Of a stretch of DNA of 64,000 nt, positions 30,159 to 37,076 are shown piece after piece. The DNA is taken from assembly GCA_018882795.1 (NCBI GenBank), contig VERJ01000002.1:12049-76048 (forward strand). Direction: 5' to 3'. Made by a program: the position numbers and the translations under genes. The notes under the pieces were generated by a model. That model saw nothing but the letters and a program-made list of their open reading frames with translations, made no database searches and was not told where the DNA came from. The stretch comes from Burkholderiaceae bacterium (GTDB lineage Bacteria > Pseudomonadota > Gammaproteobacteria > Burkholderiales > Burkholderiaceae_A). Numbering within the stretch: the first letter of the stretch is position 1; each line of letters starts with the position of its first letter.

Positions 30159-30809
30159 ATGTTAGGGAAAACAAGCGCTGTCCTGATACTGGATGACGAT
30201 GCCTCCGTGAGGCGGGCCTATGCGCGGGTATTGGTCGAAGAGGGCTACCAAGTCCAGGAGTTCCAGGATTTTTCAGCGCTTCGACGCGCAGTCGAGTCTG
30301 GAGCGGCCCCGACTGATCGGGCCTGTCTACTCTTGGATATGCGGATGCCGGGCGGCGATGGACTGGAGGTCCAGCGTTGGATTTCATCTGGCCCACGCTC
30401 ACTGCCGGTGATTTTTGTTTCCGGTGAAAGCGAGATCTCCGAGGCGATCTCGGCACTGAAGGCAGGGGCTGCCGAGTTTTTGCTCAAGCCAGTGAGTGGC
30501 TCTCAGCTGGTTGCTGCAGTTCAGGCTGTCCTCAACCAGTCTTTGCACGCTGCTGATTCAGCTTTGCCGCCGGGGTTTGAACGGCTCTCTGTGCGTGAGT
30601 CCCAGGTCTTGGAGCTGGTGGTGAAGGGGCTGCGGAGTCAAAAAATCGCCGAAAACTTGGGCATTACCCTGCGTACGGTCAAGATGCATCGGGGCAACAT
30701 CATGGCCAAGGTGGGTGTCCAGAATGTTGCCCAGCTGGTCAGTCTTTATCAACAGCAGCGTTTCACGATGGCCCCGAGGCGCCCAGAAACTTCCTCACTT
30801 CCATCCTGA
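30159..30809 (+). CDS. FixJ/LuxR-family response regulator (REC + LuxR HTH)
   Basis: The receiver domain carries VLILDDDASV and LLLDMRMPGGDG. The C-terminus reads LSVRESQVLELVVKGLRSQKIAENLGITLRTVKMHRGNIMAKVG. No adjacent histidine kinase is present. Confidence 0.85.
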   Translation: MLGKTSAVLILDDDASVRRAYARVLVEEGYQVQEFQDFSALRRAVESGAAPTDRACLLLDMRMPGGDGLEVQRWISSGPRSLPVIFVSGESEISEAISALKAGAAEFLLKPVSGSQLVAAVQAVLNQSLHAADSALPPGFERLSVRESQVLELVVKGLRSQKIAENLGITLRTVKMHRGNIMAKVGVQNVAQLVSLYQQQRFTMAPRRPETSSLPS

Positions 30810-31865
30810 GCGATCGATGATCCTTGCAGCAGTCGGCTGATGTTGTCCGATCGCAGCGACAGAGAGTTTCTCCGCCTTGAAGGTGCCTAGGCCGTGAAGC
30901 TCTGGATTGTTGATCGCCACCTTGGCGACGACAGGCCATTCATTATTGGCATTGGCGAATTGGGCCTGCGCTGCGGGTGAAGCGAGAAACTCTAAGAACT
31001 TTTTTGCCGAATCCGGGTTGGGTGCGTAGCGCGCGACACCGCCACCACTGACATTGATATGAGTGCCAGTGCTGCCCTGATTGGGCCAGATCACGCCCAG
31101 TTTTGCTGCCGCCTCGCGCTCCTCCGCTTTCGGTGATTTCAGCAGTCTTACCAAGTAGTAGGAGTTGGTCAGCGCAACAGCGCATTCTCCTGAGATCACG
31201 CCCTTGATCTGATCGGTGTCGCCGCCGCGTGGTGTTCTCGCCAGGTTGGCCACAACGCCGCGGGCCCAGGCTTCGGCTTTCTGTTCGCCTTGATGGGCAA
31301 TGATCGATGCCAGCAGCGAGAGCATGTAAGGGTGCGTGCCCGAGCGTGTGCAGACTTTGCCCTTGAGCGCTGGATTGGCGAGATCATCGTAGAGCCGAAT
31401 CTGCTCGGGACTGATTTTGGATTTGTCGAATACGATGATGCGTGCGCGTGTGGTGAATCCGAACCAGAGTGTTTCGGATTGAAAAGCGGCGGGAACGCTG
31501 TTGCGTAGGATCGCGGACTGAACGGGTTGAAAAAGCCCCTCGTGTTGAGCCTTCCAAAGCCGTGCTGCATCGGCCAAAAGAATCACGTCGGCAGGTGATG
31601 CCTTGCCTTCGCTTTTAATGCGTTCGAGCAGTGCCTCATCGCCCGCCTGAATCTGATTGATCTTGATGCCGGTTTGCTTGGTGAACGCATCGTAGAGTTC
31701 CTGATCGCTGCTGTAATGCCGTGCAGAATAGAGATTCAGTTCCAGATCTTTGGCGTGGGCCGAAGGTAGCGGGCTGAGCAGGAGCGTTGGGGCGATCAGG
31801 GCGGCCATCAGCCCGACGCCGATCCAACGGCGCCGTGTTTTCGTCAGAAATTGCGGTTTAGGCAT
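30795..31865 (-). CDS. fbpA: Fe(3+) ABC transporter periplasmic substrate-binding protein
   Basis: It has a signal peptide and the mature start KDLELNLYSARHYSSDQELYDAF, typical of FbpA/AfuA-type iron-binding proteins. The start is ATG 31865, 9 nt after AAGGA. No permease or ATPase gene is adjacent. Confidence 0.8.
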   Translation of the reverse strand: MPKPQFLTKTRRRWIGVGLMAALIAPTLLLSPLPSAHAKDLELNLYSARHYSSDQELYDAFTKQTGIKINQIQAGDEALLERIKSEGKASPADVILLADAARLWKAQHEGLFQPVQSAILRNSVPAAFQSETLWFGFTTRARIIVFDKSKISPEQIRLYDDLANPALKGKVCTRSGTHPYMLSLLASIIAHQGEQKAEAWARGVVANLARTPRGGDTDQIKGVISGECAVALTNSYYLVRLLKSPKAEEREAAAKLGVIWPNQGSTGTHINVSGGGVARYAPNPDSAKKFLEFLASPAAQAQFANANNEWPVVAKVAINNPELHGLGTFKAEKLSVAAIGQHQPTAARIIDRSGWK

Positions 31866-31952
31866 ATTCACTCATCCTTTTTGTGGGTACAGGGCCCGGG
31901 CAGAGGGGGGGTGCCTGGGATCTTGTCTTGACTCTGACAAACGTATATTAAT

Positions 31953-31971
31953 ACGAATGATTATCGTTTGC
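31953..31971. promoter_or_regulatory. candidate Fur box upstream of fbpA
   Basis: The reverse complement GCAAACGATAATCATTCGT matches 13 of 19 positions of GATAATGATAATCATTATC, including the central GATAATCATT core. It lies about 90 nt upstream of the fbpA start. Confidence 0.45.
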
Positions 31972-32078
31972 AAATAGAACGATGCTTTTCCTGTCCATCC
32001 TTAAATTTCATATAAAACAAGGGCTTAGGATCTGGGATTCTGGTGCACCCCCTACCGATGGCTCTGTCCTGAACATAC

Positions 32079-32096
32079 TGTCAATTTGTTTTGACA
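32079..32096 (+). promoter_or_regulatory. PpsR/CrtJ-type palindrome 1 (TGT-N12-ACA), overlapping the -35 element
   Basis: TGTCAAtttgttTTGACA is a perfect TGTCAA/TTGACA inverted repeat. The 3' half is a consensus -35 hexamer, TTGACA (32091-32096). Confidence 0.6.
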
Positions 32097-32104
32097 TATA
32101 AAAA

Positions 32105-32122
32105 TGTAAGCGTAGAATTACA
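32105..32122 (+). promoter_or_regulatory. PpsR/CrtJ-type palindrome 2 (TGT-N12-ACA), overlapping the -10 element
   Basis: TGTAAgcgtagaaTTACA lies 8 bp after palindrome 1. It contains TAGAAT (32113-32118), which is 16 nt downstream of the TTGACA hexamer. Confidence 0.6.
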
Positions 32123-32234
32123 CCTAAACCCTTTAAGGGTTTTCGGCGGTGATGGTGGCGTACCTATCCATCCCCTCCACAACAACCCTCGTGCGGGTTC
32201 AGCACGAAGTGAGGTCTTTCAAAGGAGAAATGCT

Positions 32235-32387
32235 ATGGCAGACCCAAACAAAGTATGGCCCACCGGCCTTACCGAGGCTGAATCGGAAGAGATTCACCGC
32301 AATGTGATTCAGGGCACGCAAATTTTCGGGATGATCGCTGTCCTGGCGCATTTGCTCGCTTACATCTATTCACCTTGGTTGCACTAA
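32235..32387 (+). CDS. pucB: light-harvesting complex 2 beta polypeptide
   Basis: This is the internal ATG of ORF 32091..32387, preceded by AAAGGAG. The protein MADPNKVWPTGLTEAESEEIHRNVIQGTQIFGMIAVLAHLLAYIYSPWLH aligns along its length with R. sphaeroides and Rbl. acidophilus PucB (NKVWPSGLT..., ...AH..., PWL). Confidence 0.9.
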   Translation: MADPNKVWPTGLTEAESEEIHRNVIQGTQIFGMIAVLAHLLAYIYSPWLH

Positions 32388-32399
32388 CAGGAGCCGATC

Positions 32400-32588
32400 A
32401 TGATCTATGGAAAAATTTGGTGCGTCGTTAAGCCCACGGTTGGTATTCCTTTGTTCCTTGCTGGTGTTGCCGTGACCTCGTTCGCAGTTCACCTTGCACT
32501 GATCAACAACACCACCTGGATCAAGGACTATCATCAGGGTGGTCAAAAAGCTGTTGCGGCCCAGCAGGCGCAAGCGGTTAAGAAGTAA
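32400..32588 (+). CDS. pucA: light-harvesting complex 2 alpha polypeptide
   Basis: MIYGKIWCVVKPTVGIPLFLAGVAVTSFAVHLALINNTTWIKDYHQGG... compares with R. sphaeroides PucA (GKIWLVVKPTVGVPLFL...IHAAVLTTTTWLPAYYQG). It has a 15-aa Ala/Gln/Lys C-terminal extension. Confidence 0.9.
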   Translation: MIYGKIWCVVKPTVGIPLFLAGVAVTSFAVHLALINNTTWIKDYHQGGQKAVAAQQAQAVKK

Positions 32589-32608
32589 CGGAAGTTTTCT
32601 TCCCAGAG

Positions 32609-32642
32609 GGTTCCAGAGTCTTCCGGCTTTGGAACCTTTTTT
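32609..32642 (+). terminator. intra-operon rho-independent terminator/attenuator between pucA and pucC
   Basis: The hairpin is GGTTCCAGAG-tcttccgg-CTTTGGAACC, a 10-bp stem with one G-T pair, followed by TTTTTTCTTT. A smaller hairpin, GGAAG-tttt-CTTCC, lies at 32590-32603. Confidence 0.7.
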
Positions 32643-32686
32643 CTTTGTGTGCAAACTGATCTCCGGTTTTTCTAGAATACAAAACC

Positions 32687-34108
32687 GTGAACCGCTTTAG
32701 CCAATCCCTGATCCGATCCTGGGCATCACTCGGGCCGCGATTTCTTCCATTCGCAGATGTCGCCACGCCTGATCTGCCCTTGTCGCGCCTGTTGCGACTC
32801 TCACTTTTTCAGATATCCGTGGGCATGGCCCTGGTCATGCTGGTGGGTACACTGAATCGGGTCATGATTGTCGAGCTGAAGGTGCCCGCCACTCTGGTGG
32901 CGGTCATGGTGTCCTTGCCGATCGTCTTTGCGCCGTTTCGGGCGTTGATCGGTTTTCGATCTGATATTCATCGCTCCGAATTAGGTTGGCGCCGTGTGCC
33001 CTACATCTGGATGGGCACCATGTTGCAGTTTGGCGGCTTTGCCATCATGCCGTTTGCGCTGCTCGTGCTCTCTGGTGCAGGCCATGCCGCAAACGCGCCA
33101 GCATGGATTGGTCAGGCAGGTGCAGCGATCGCTTTCCTGTTGGTGGGCGCAGGCATGCACACAGTACAGACGGTGGGCCTGGCCCTCGCAACTGACCTCG
33201 CTCCCCAGGAGTCTCAACCCAAGGTGGTGGGGTTGATGTATGTCATGTTGCTTTTGGGCATGATTGTCAGTGCCTTGACCTTTGGTGTGCTCTTGGCGGA
33301 TTACAGCCCGGGCCGTTTGGTGCAGGTGATCCAGGGGGCCGCACTCGTGACCATGGTGCTCAATGTGCTCGCCCTCTGGAAGCAGGAAAGTCGCGACCGT
33401 TCGCGTAAACATCCTCCCGCGCCCGATCCGACGTTCCGAGAATCTTGGTCCAGTTTTACGCAGGGCGGTGCAGCTCTGCGTCGACTGCTCGTTGTGGGCT
33501 TGGGGACTATGGCGTTTGCCATGGAAGATGTATTACTTGAGCCCTACGGCGGCGAGATTCTCAAACTCAGCGTCGGATCTACGACGCTTCTGACAGCAAC
33601 GCTCGCGTTTGGCAGTCTGATTGGTTTTGGTTTTGCATCCCGGGTGTTAAGCCGTGGTGCGGATCCTTATCGTATGGCCGCCTTCGGGGCCCTTGCCGGG
33701 ATACCAGCCTTTGTTGCTGTCATCATTGCTGCGCCTCTACAGTCGACTCCAGTGTTTGCAATGGGTACTTTCTTGATTGGCCTCGGAGCGGGGCTCTTTG
33801 GCCATGGCACGCTTACTGCCACCATGCAGCATGCACCAAAACATCAGGTGGGCCTGGCGCTTGGCGCCTGGGGCGCTGTACAGGCCACTGCTGCGGGTGT
33901 GGCCATGGCCATAGGCGCTGTGATGCGCGATCTGATCGTGGTGATGGGCTCGCCTGAATTGCCTGGGCTTGGCTTTGCTGGAGCAGCCAGCGGCTATGTC
34001 GTTGTGTATATCATTGAGACTGTATTGCTGGTGGCCACTCTGGTGTGTATGGCCCCACTGATAAAAAAAGGCAGGTCAGGGGAGTTCACAGGTTCAGCCG
34101 CTCATTGA
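32687..34108 (+). CDS. pucC: PucC/LhaA-family (BCD-type MFS) LH assembly protein
   Basis: It carries LPFADVATPDLPLSRLLRLSLFQISVGMALVMLVGTLNRVMIVELKVPA...GWRRVPYIW, characteristic of PucC/LhaA. It has 12-TM length and a GTG start. Confidence 0.9.
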   Translation: MNRFSQSLIRSWASLGPRFLPFADVATPDLPLSRLLRLSLFQISVGMALVMLVGTLNRVMIVELKVPATLVAVMVSLPIVFAPFRALIGFRSDIHRSELGWRRVPYIWMGTMLQFGGFAIMPFALLVLSGAGHAANAPAWIGQAGAAIAFLLVGAGMHTVQTVGLALATDLAPQESQPKVVGLMYVMLLLGMIVSALTFGVLLADYSPGRLVQVIQGAALVTMVLNVLALWKQESRDRSRKHPPAPDPTFRESWSSFTQGGAALRRLLVVGLGTMAFAMEDVLLEPYGGEILKLSVGSTTLLTATLAFGSLIGFGFASRVLSRGADPYRMAAFGALAGIPAFVAVIIAAPLQSTPVFAMGTFLIGLGAGLFGHGTLTATMQHAPKHQVGLALGAWGAVQATAAGVAMAIGAVMRDLIVVMGSPELPGLGFAGAASGYVVVYIIETVLLVATLVCMAPLIKKGRSGEFTGSAAH

Positions 34109-34139
34109 GCTGATTTTTTAAAAGAAAGGTTGGTGCGTT

Positions 34140-34226
34140 ATGGAAGTCTCTGGCGTTATTCTCATTGTCTGGTTTGTCGTTGCGGGCATGCTGGTGATCA
34201 ATCATTTCAATCGGGGCGGCAAGTAG
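34140..34226 (+). CDS. candidate 28-aa single-TM micro-protein downstream of pucC
   Basis: My own translation is MEVSGVILIVWFVVAGMLVINHFNRGGK. It lies 31 nt after the pucC stop and before the operon terminator. The SD is weak (GAAAGG). It is not in the ORF track because it is under 60 aa. Confidence 0.35.
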   Translation: MEVSGVILIVWFVVAGMLVINHFNRGGK

Positions 34227-34253
34227 TTCTGCCTGCGTTTCAGGTTGAATAAA

Positions 34254-34279
34254 AGGCCCAGCATTGCTGGGCCTTTTTT
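34254..34279 (+). terminator. rho-independent terminator closing the puc operon
   Basis: The hairpin is AGGCCCAGC-att-GCTGGGCCT, flanked by AAAA upstream and TTTTT downstream. Confidence 0.8.
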
Positions 34280-34393
34280 AATACTGCGCCGAAAACCAAG
34301 CGGCGCGTGGACACGACTCCCATGGCGGTCGCGGATAGTGGCGCCATGGCGGGATCTGGAACCACAAATACTGTTGTCTGGCCGGCGAAGGGC

Positions 34394-35530
34394 ATGCGGG
34401 GAGGGGGTATGCCGCCCGACGTTCTGGTTGCGCTTTTCGGGCAGGCCAATATCCAAATCAATGGGTCACAACCCTTCGATATTCAGGTGCATGATTCACG
34501 GGCCTACCGCGCCATTCTGGCCAACTGGTCACTCGGTTTGGGCGAATCCTATATGGATGGTCTCTGGGACTGCGAGCACCTTGATGAACTGATTACACGC
34601 CTGCTGTCGGCAAAGCTCTATGACCGTGCAGTTGGCCTGACAAGGCTGCGTCTGACAGGCCACGCGCTGCGCGCTCGTTTAATGAATCTGCAGTCTCCCA
34701 CCCGCGCATTCCAGGTGGGTGAGACCCATTACAACATTGGCAATGATTTATTTGAGCGGATGCTCGATCCTCTGATGATCTATTCGTGTGCGTATTGGGA
34801 AAGGGCTGCCGATTTGGCACAGGCCCAGGAAGATAAGCTGGAGATGATCTGCCGCAAGCTCGCGCTCAAGCCGGGCGAGCGGCTTTTGGATATTGGCTGT
34901 GGCTGGGGTGGCTTGGCGCACTACGCTGTAACTCGCTATGGGGTGTCGGTTCACGGTATCACGGTGTCAAGGGAGCAAAGGCAGCATGCCTTAGAGCGAT
35001 GTGCGGGGCTACCTGTCACCGTAGATCTCGTGGATTACCGGGAACTTTCTGGGGTGTATGACAAGATCGTGTCGGTCGGTATGTTTGAGCACGTCGGCCC
35101 AAAAAATTATCAGACTTATTTCAATACGACCCATCGACTGCTTGCCGATGAGGGGCTATTTCTGCTGCATACCATCGGAGGAGATGTCACGGCGCCATCT
35201 GTTGATCCATGGATTGATCGCTATATTTTTCCAAATGGGAAAATTCCTGGGCCGAGTGAACTTTTGGCTGCAATGGAGGGCCGCTTTTTGTTGGAAGACT
35301 GGCATAACTTTGGCCCGGATTACGACCGAACACTCATGGCCTGGGAGGCCAACTTTGTGGCCCGATGGCCAGAGATCAGCGCGACCTATGGTCAGCGGTT
35401 TTTTCGTATGTGGCGCTATTACCTCTTGGCCTGCGCGGGATATTTTCGCTCGCGTCAAGGGCAGCTTTGGCAGCTTGTGTTGACGAAACAATCCCGGAAA
35501 AGTCCATATAGGTCTTTTCGATTTTCCTAA
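34394..35530 (+). CDS. cfa: cyclopropane-fatty-acyl-phospholipid synthase
   Basis: It has the CMAS family layout: HYNIGNDLFERMLDPLMIYSCAYW, the SAM motif LLDIGCGWGGLA, and MFEHVGPKNY. The start is uncertain (ATG at 34307, 34394 or 34409). Confidence 0.85.
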   Translation: MRGGGMPPDVLVALFGQANIQINGSQPFDIQVHDSRAYRAILANWSLGLGESYMDGLWDCEHLDELITRLLSAKLYDRAVGLTRLRLTGHALRARLMNLQSPTRAFQVGETHYNIGNDLFERMLDPLMIYSCAYWERAADLAQAQEDKLEMICRKLALKPGERLLDIGCGWGGLAHYAVTRYGVSVHGITVSREQRQHALERCAGLPVTVDLVDYRELSGVYDKIVSVGMFEHVGPKNYQTYFNTTHRLLADEGLFLLHTIGGDVTAPSVDPWIDRYIFPNGKIPGPSELLAAMEGRFLLEDWHNFGPDYDRTLMAWEANFVARWPEISATYGQRFFRMWRYYLLACAGYFRSRQGQLWQLVLTKQSRKSPYRSFRFS

Positions 35531-35933
35531 GGCTAAAAGAAAGCAGCTGATCAATCATCGAAACAACTGACTGTCGGTGTTTGGGGTTGAGCCGATTCAG
35601 TTGTTGGTTCCAGGCTTCGATCTCTGGCAGCAGAAAATGCTTCGGTTTGTCGGCAAGCTGAGGTGGGCCGTGCACAAGTGACTGCTCAGACTTAAAGAGC
35701 TGATTGGCATCAATACCCAACCATTCAAGTAGTGTCTGCATGTGCAGATACTCTGGAACGCTAGATCCGATCAACCAGCGTCGAATAGACTCCTGGGAAA
35801 TGGTTTTGGCACTGCGGCAGCGAAGATTAAATTCACGCGCAATGAATGCGTTAGAAGGGACTTTGCCGAATTTGTGGCGTAGTGCGGCTCGCAGAGCATC
35901 GGAGAGGCTGGATTTGAAGGTGTCGTGACTCAT
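35376..35933 (-). CDS. HTH transcriptional regulator, paralogue 1 (XRE-like)
   Basis: The N-terminus SLSDALRAALRHKFGKVPSNAFIAREFNLRCRSAKTISQESIRRWLIGSSVPE is clearly paralogous to ORF 37616..38119. The last 155 nt overlap the cfa 3' end. Confidence 0.65.
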   Translation of the reverse strand: MSHDTFKSSLSDALRAALRHKFGKVPSNAFIAREFNLRCRSAKTISQESIRRWLIGSSVPEYLHMQTLLEWLGIDANQLFKSEQSLVHGPPQLADKPKHFLLPEIEAWNQQLNRLNPKHRQSVVSMIDQLLSFSLRKIEKTYMDFSGIVSSTQAAKAALDASENIPRRPRGNSATYEKTADHRSR

Positions 35934-35999
35934 GTCGTCCAGTTGCTTTCTTTGTTATGTACTTTTTAAATATTTTTATTTTTTAATTATATGTTCTTA

Positions 36000-36009
36000 C
36001 CCCCCCCCC
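36000..36009. repeat. homopolymeric C10 tract in an AT-rich intergenic region
   Basis: I counted it directly: c at 36000 plus nine c at 36001-36009. The flanks are A/T-rich. Confidence 0.95.
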
Positions 36010-36036
36010 ACTTAAAAAATTAAGTTTTGAAAATTT

Positions 36037-36055
36037 CTCCACATTTGGTGTGGAG
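36037..36055. promoter_or_regulatory. palindromic operator candidate IR1 (CTCCACATTTGGTGTGGAG)
   Basis: It has 7-bp inverted arms and lies between divergent HTH-1 and the Host_attach gene. Nearly the same palindrome recurs at 38195-38213. Confidence 0.45.
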
Positions 36056-36215
36056 TTTTTTCCATTGCGAAGAGGAAATCTGCACCTCTAAGCACGGCCC
36101 TTAATCAGTTAGATCGCAGGTCTCGCACGTCACGCTTTGCACACTGCGTGTGGGGCGTGGTGTGGGCTTACCGCCTAGGATGTGGTCTTTATTGCTTCAG
36201 AAACGGATGTTGAAC

Positions 36216-36662
36216 ATGAAACTGACTCCACGTACCCTCTTGGTGCTGGCTGACGGATCAAAGGCGGTGTTTTTGTGCAATCAAGGCCATAACGGCCGGG
36301 TCCGCCTAAAAGAATTACAGACCTTTTCCCAAAATAATCCGGCAAGCCGTGATCTTGGTTGGGATCGGCCTGGCCGCACCTATGCCCGTTACGGCTTTCG
36401 CCGATCAGCCTATGAAACCCATGATCCACATGACCTTGGTGAGGGCACTTTCTTGAAGGACCTTGCCCAAGCGATAGAGGGGGCGTTGGGTGCTGACGGT
36501 TATGAGCGCGTGGTGCTGATGGCCCCCCCGGAGGCTCTCGGTCAGTTACGGCAGGCGCTTGGCCCTGTGGCCAAAGATAAAGTTGATGGGACCATTGCCA
36601 AGGATTATCTGAACATGCCGCGCACGGAGCTTGAACAGATCTTGATGCGCGGTTTGCAGTAG
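36216..36662 (+). CDS. Host_attach (host attachment protein / eRF1-like baeRF) family protein
   Basis: ORF 36150..36662 is trimmed to ATG 36216. MKLTPRTLLVLADGSKAVFL...DRPGRTYARYGFRRSAYETHDPHD...FLKDLAQAIEGAL...YERVVLMAPPEALGQLRQAL...IAKDYLNMPRTELEQIL matches the family pattern as I recall it. Confidence 0.7.
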   Translation: MKLTPRTLLVLADGSKAVFLCNQGHNGRVRLKELQTFSQNNPASRDLGWDRPGRTYARYGFRRSAYETHDPHDLGEGTFLKDLAQAIEGALGADGYERVVLMAPPEALGQLRQALGPVAKDKVDGTIAKDYLNMPRTELEQILMRGLQ

Positions 36663-36701
36663 ACTTGCGGCCTTTTTGTTGAAGGAAAACTTTAATTGTT
36701 G

Positions 36702-36980
36702 ATGTTGCCCTATTACCTGTGTGCCGACTCAGAGGAAAAACTTTGGACGTGTCTTGAGGCGGCAGGCCTCGCAGATCTATCACCGCCACAGCTGGATGTC
36801 ATGGGCACCCTGTTCGAGGCCACAGGGCTGATCCTGGTAGATGAGCAGGATCACCGCTACCCGCATTTTCGTCCGCTGAAGGGCTATTACGCCGTCGTCC
36901 ATCGGGAACTGAACGAGGCCGAGCGTTCTGTGCTGCCGGTCGTGCCCAGGCCGGCTTCTATTGTCAGAATTTGCGCCTGA
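36702..36980 (+). CDS. hypothetical small protein
   Basis: 92 aa from ATG 36702 (MLPYYLCADSEEKLWTCLEAAGLADL...LKGYYAVVH). It sits between Host_attach and hsp20 on the same strand. I can name no family confidently. Confidence 0.4.
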   Translation: MLPYYLCADSEEKLWTCLEAAGLADLSPPQLDVMGTLFEATGLILVDEQDHRYPHFRPLKGYYAVVHRELNEAERSVLPVVPRPASIVRICA

Positions 36981-37076
36981 GGTTTCCACGGCGCACCCTG
37001 TTCAATCCAATCACAAAGAGTAATGCCATGGCGCTGACCATGATCTGATGGGAGCACCTTATTCATGGAGGCCCCT

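Noticed and set aside
31905-31911. G7 run in the fbpA/puc intergenic region as a second phase-variation tract.
   Set aside because: It is short and not positioned between recognisable promoter elements. Seven-mers are common in GC-rich DNA.
36037-36062. The IR1 hairpin followed by TTTTTT read as a plus-strand rho-independent terminator.
   Set aside because: No plus-strand gene reads into it; the nearest upstream plus-strand gene ends 500 nt earlier and the intervening gene is on the other strand. A near-identical palindrome without a T-run occurs at 38195, so it is better explained as an operator.
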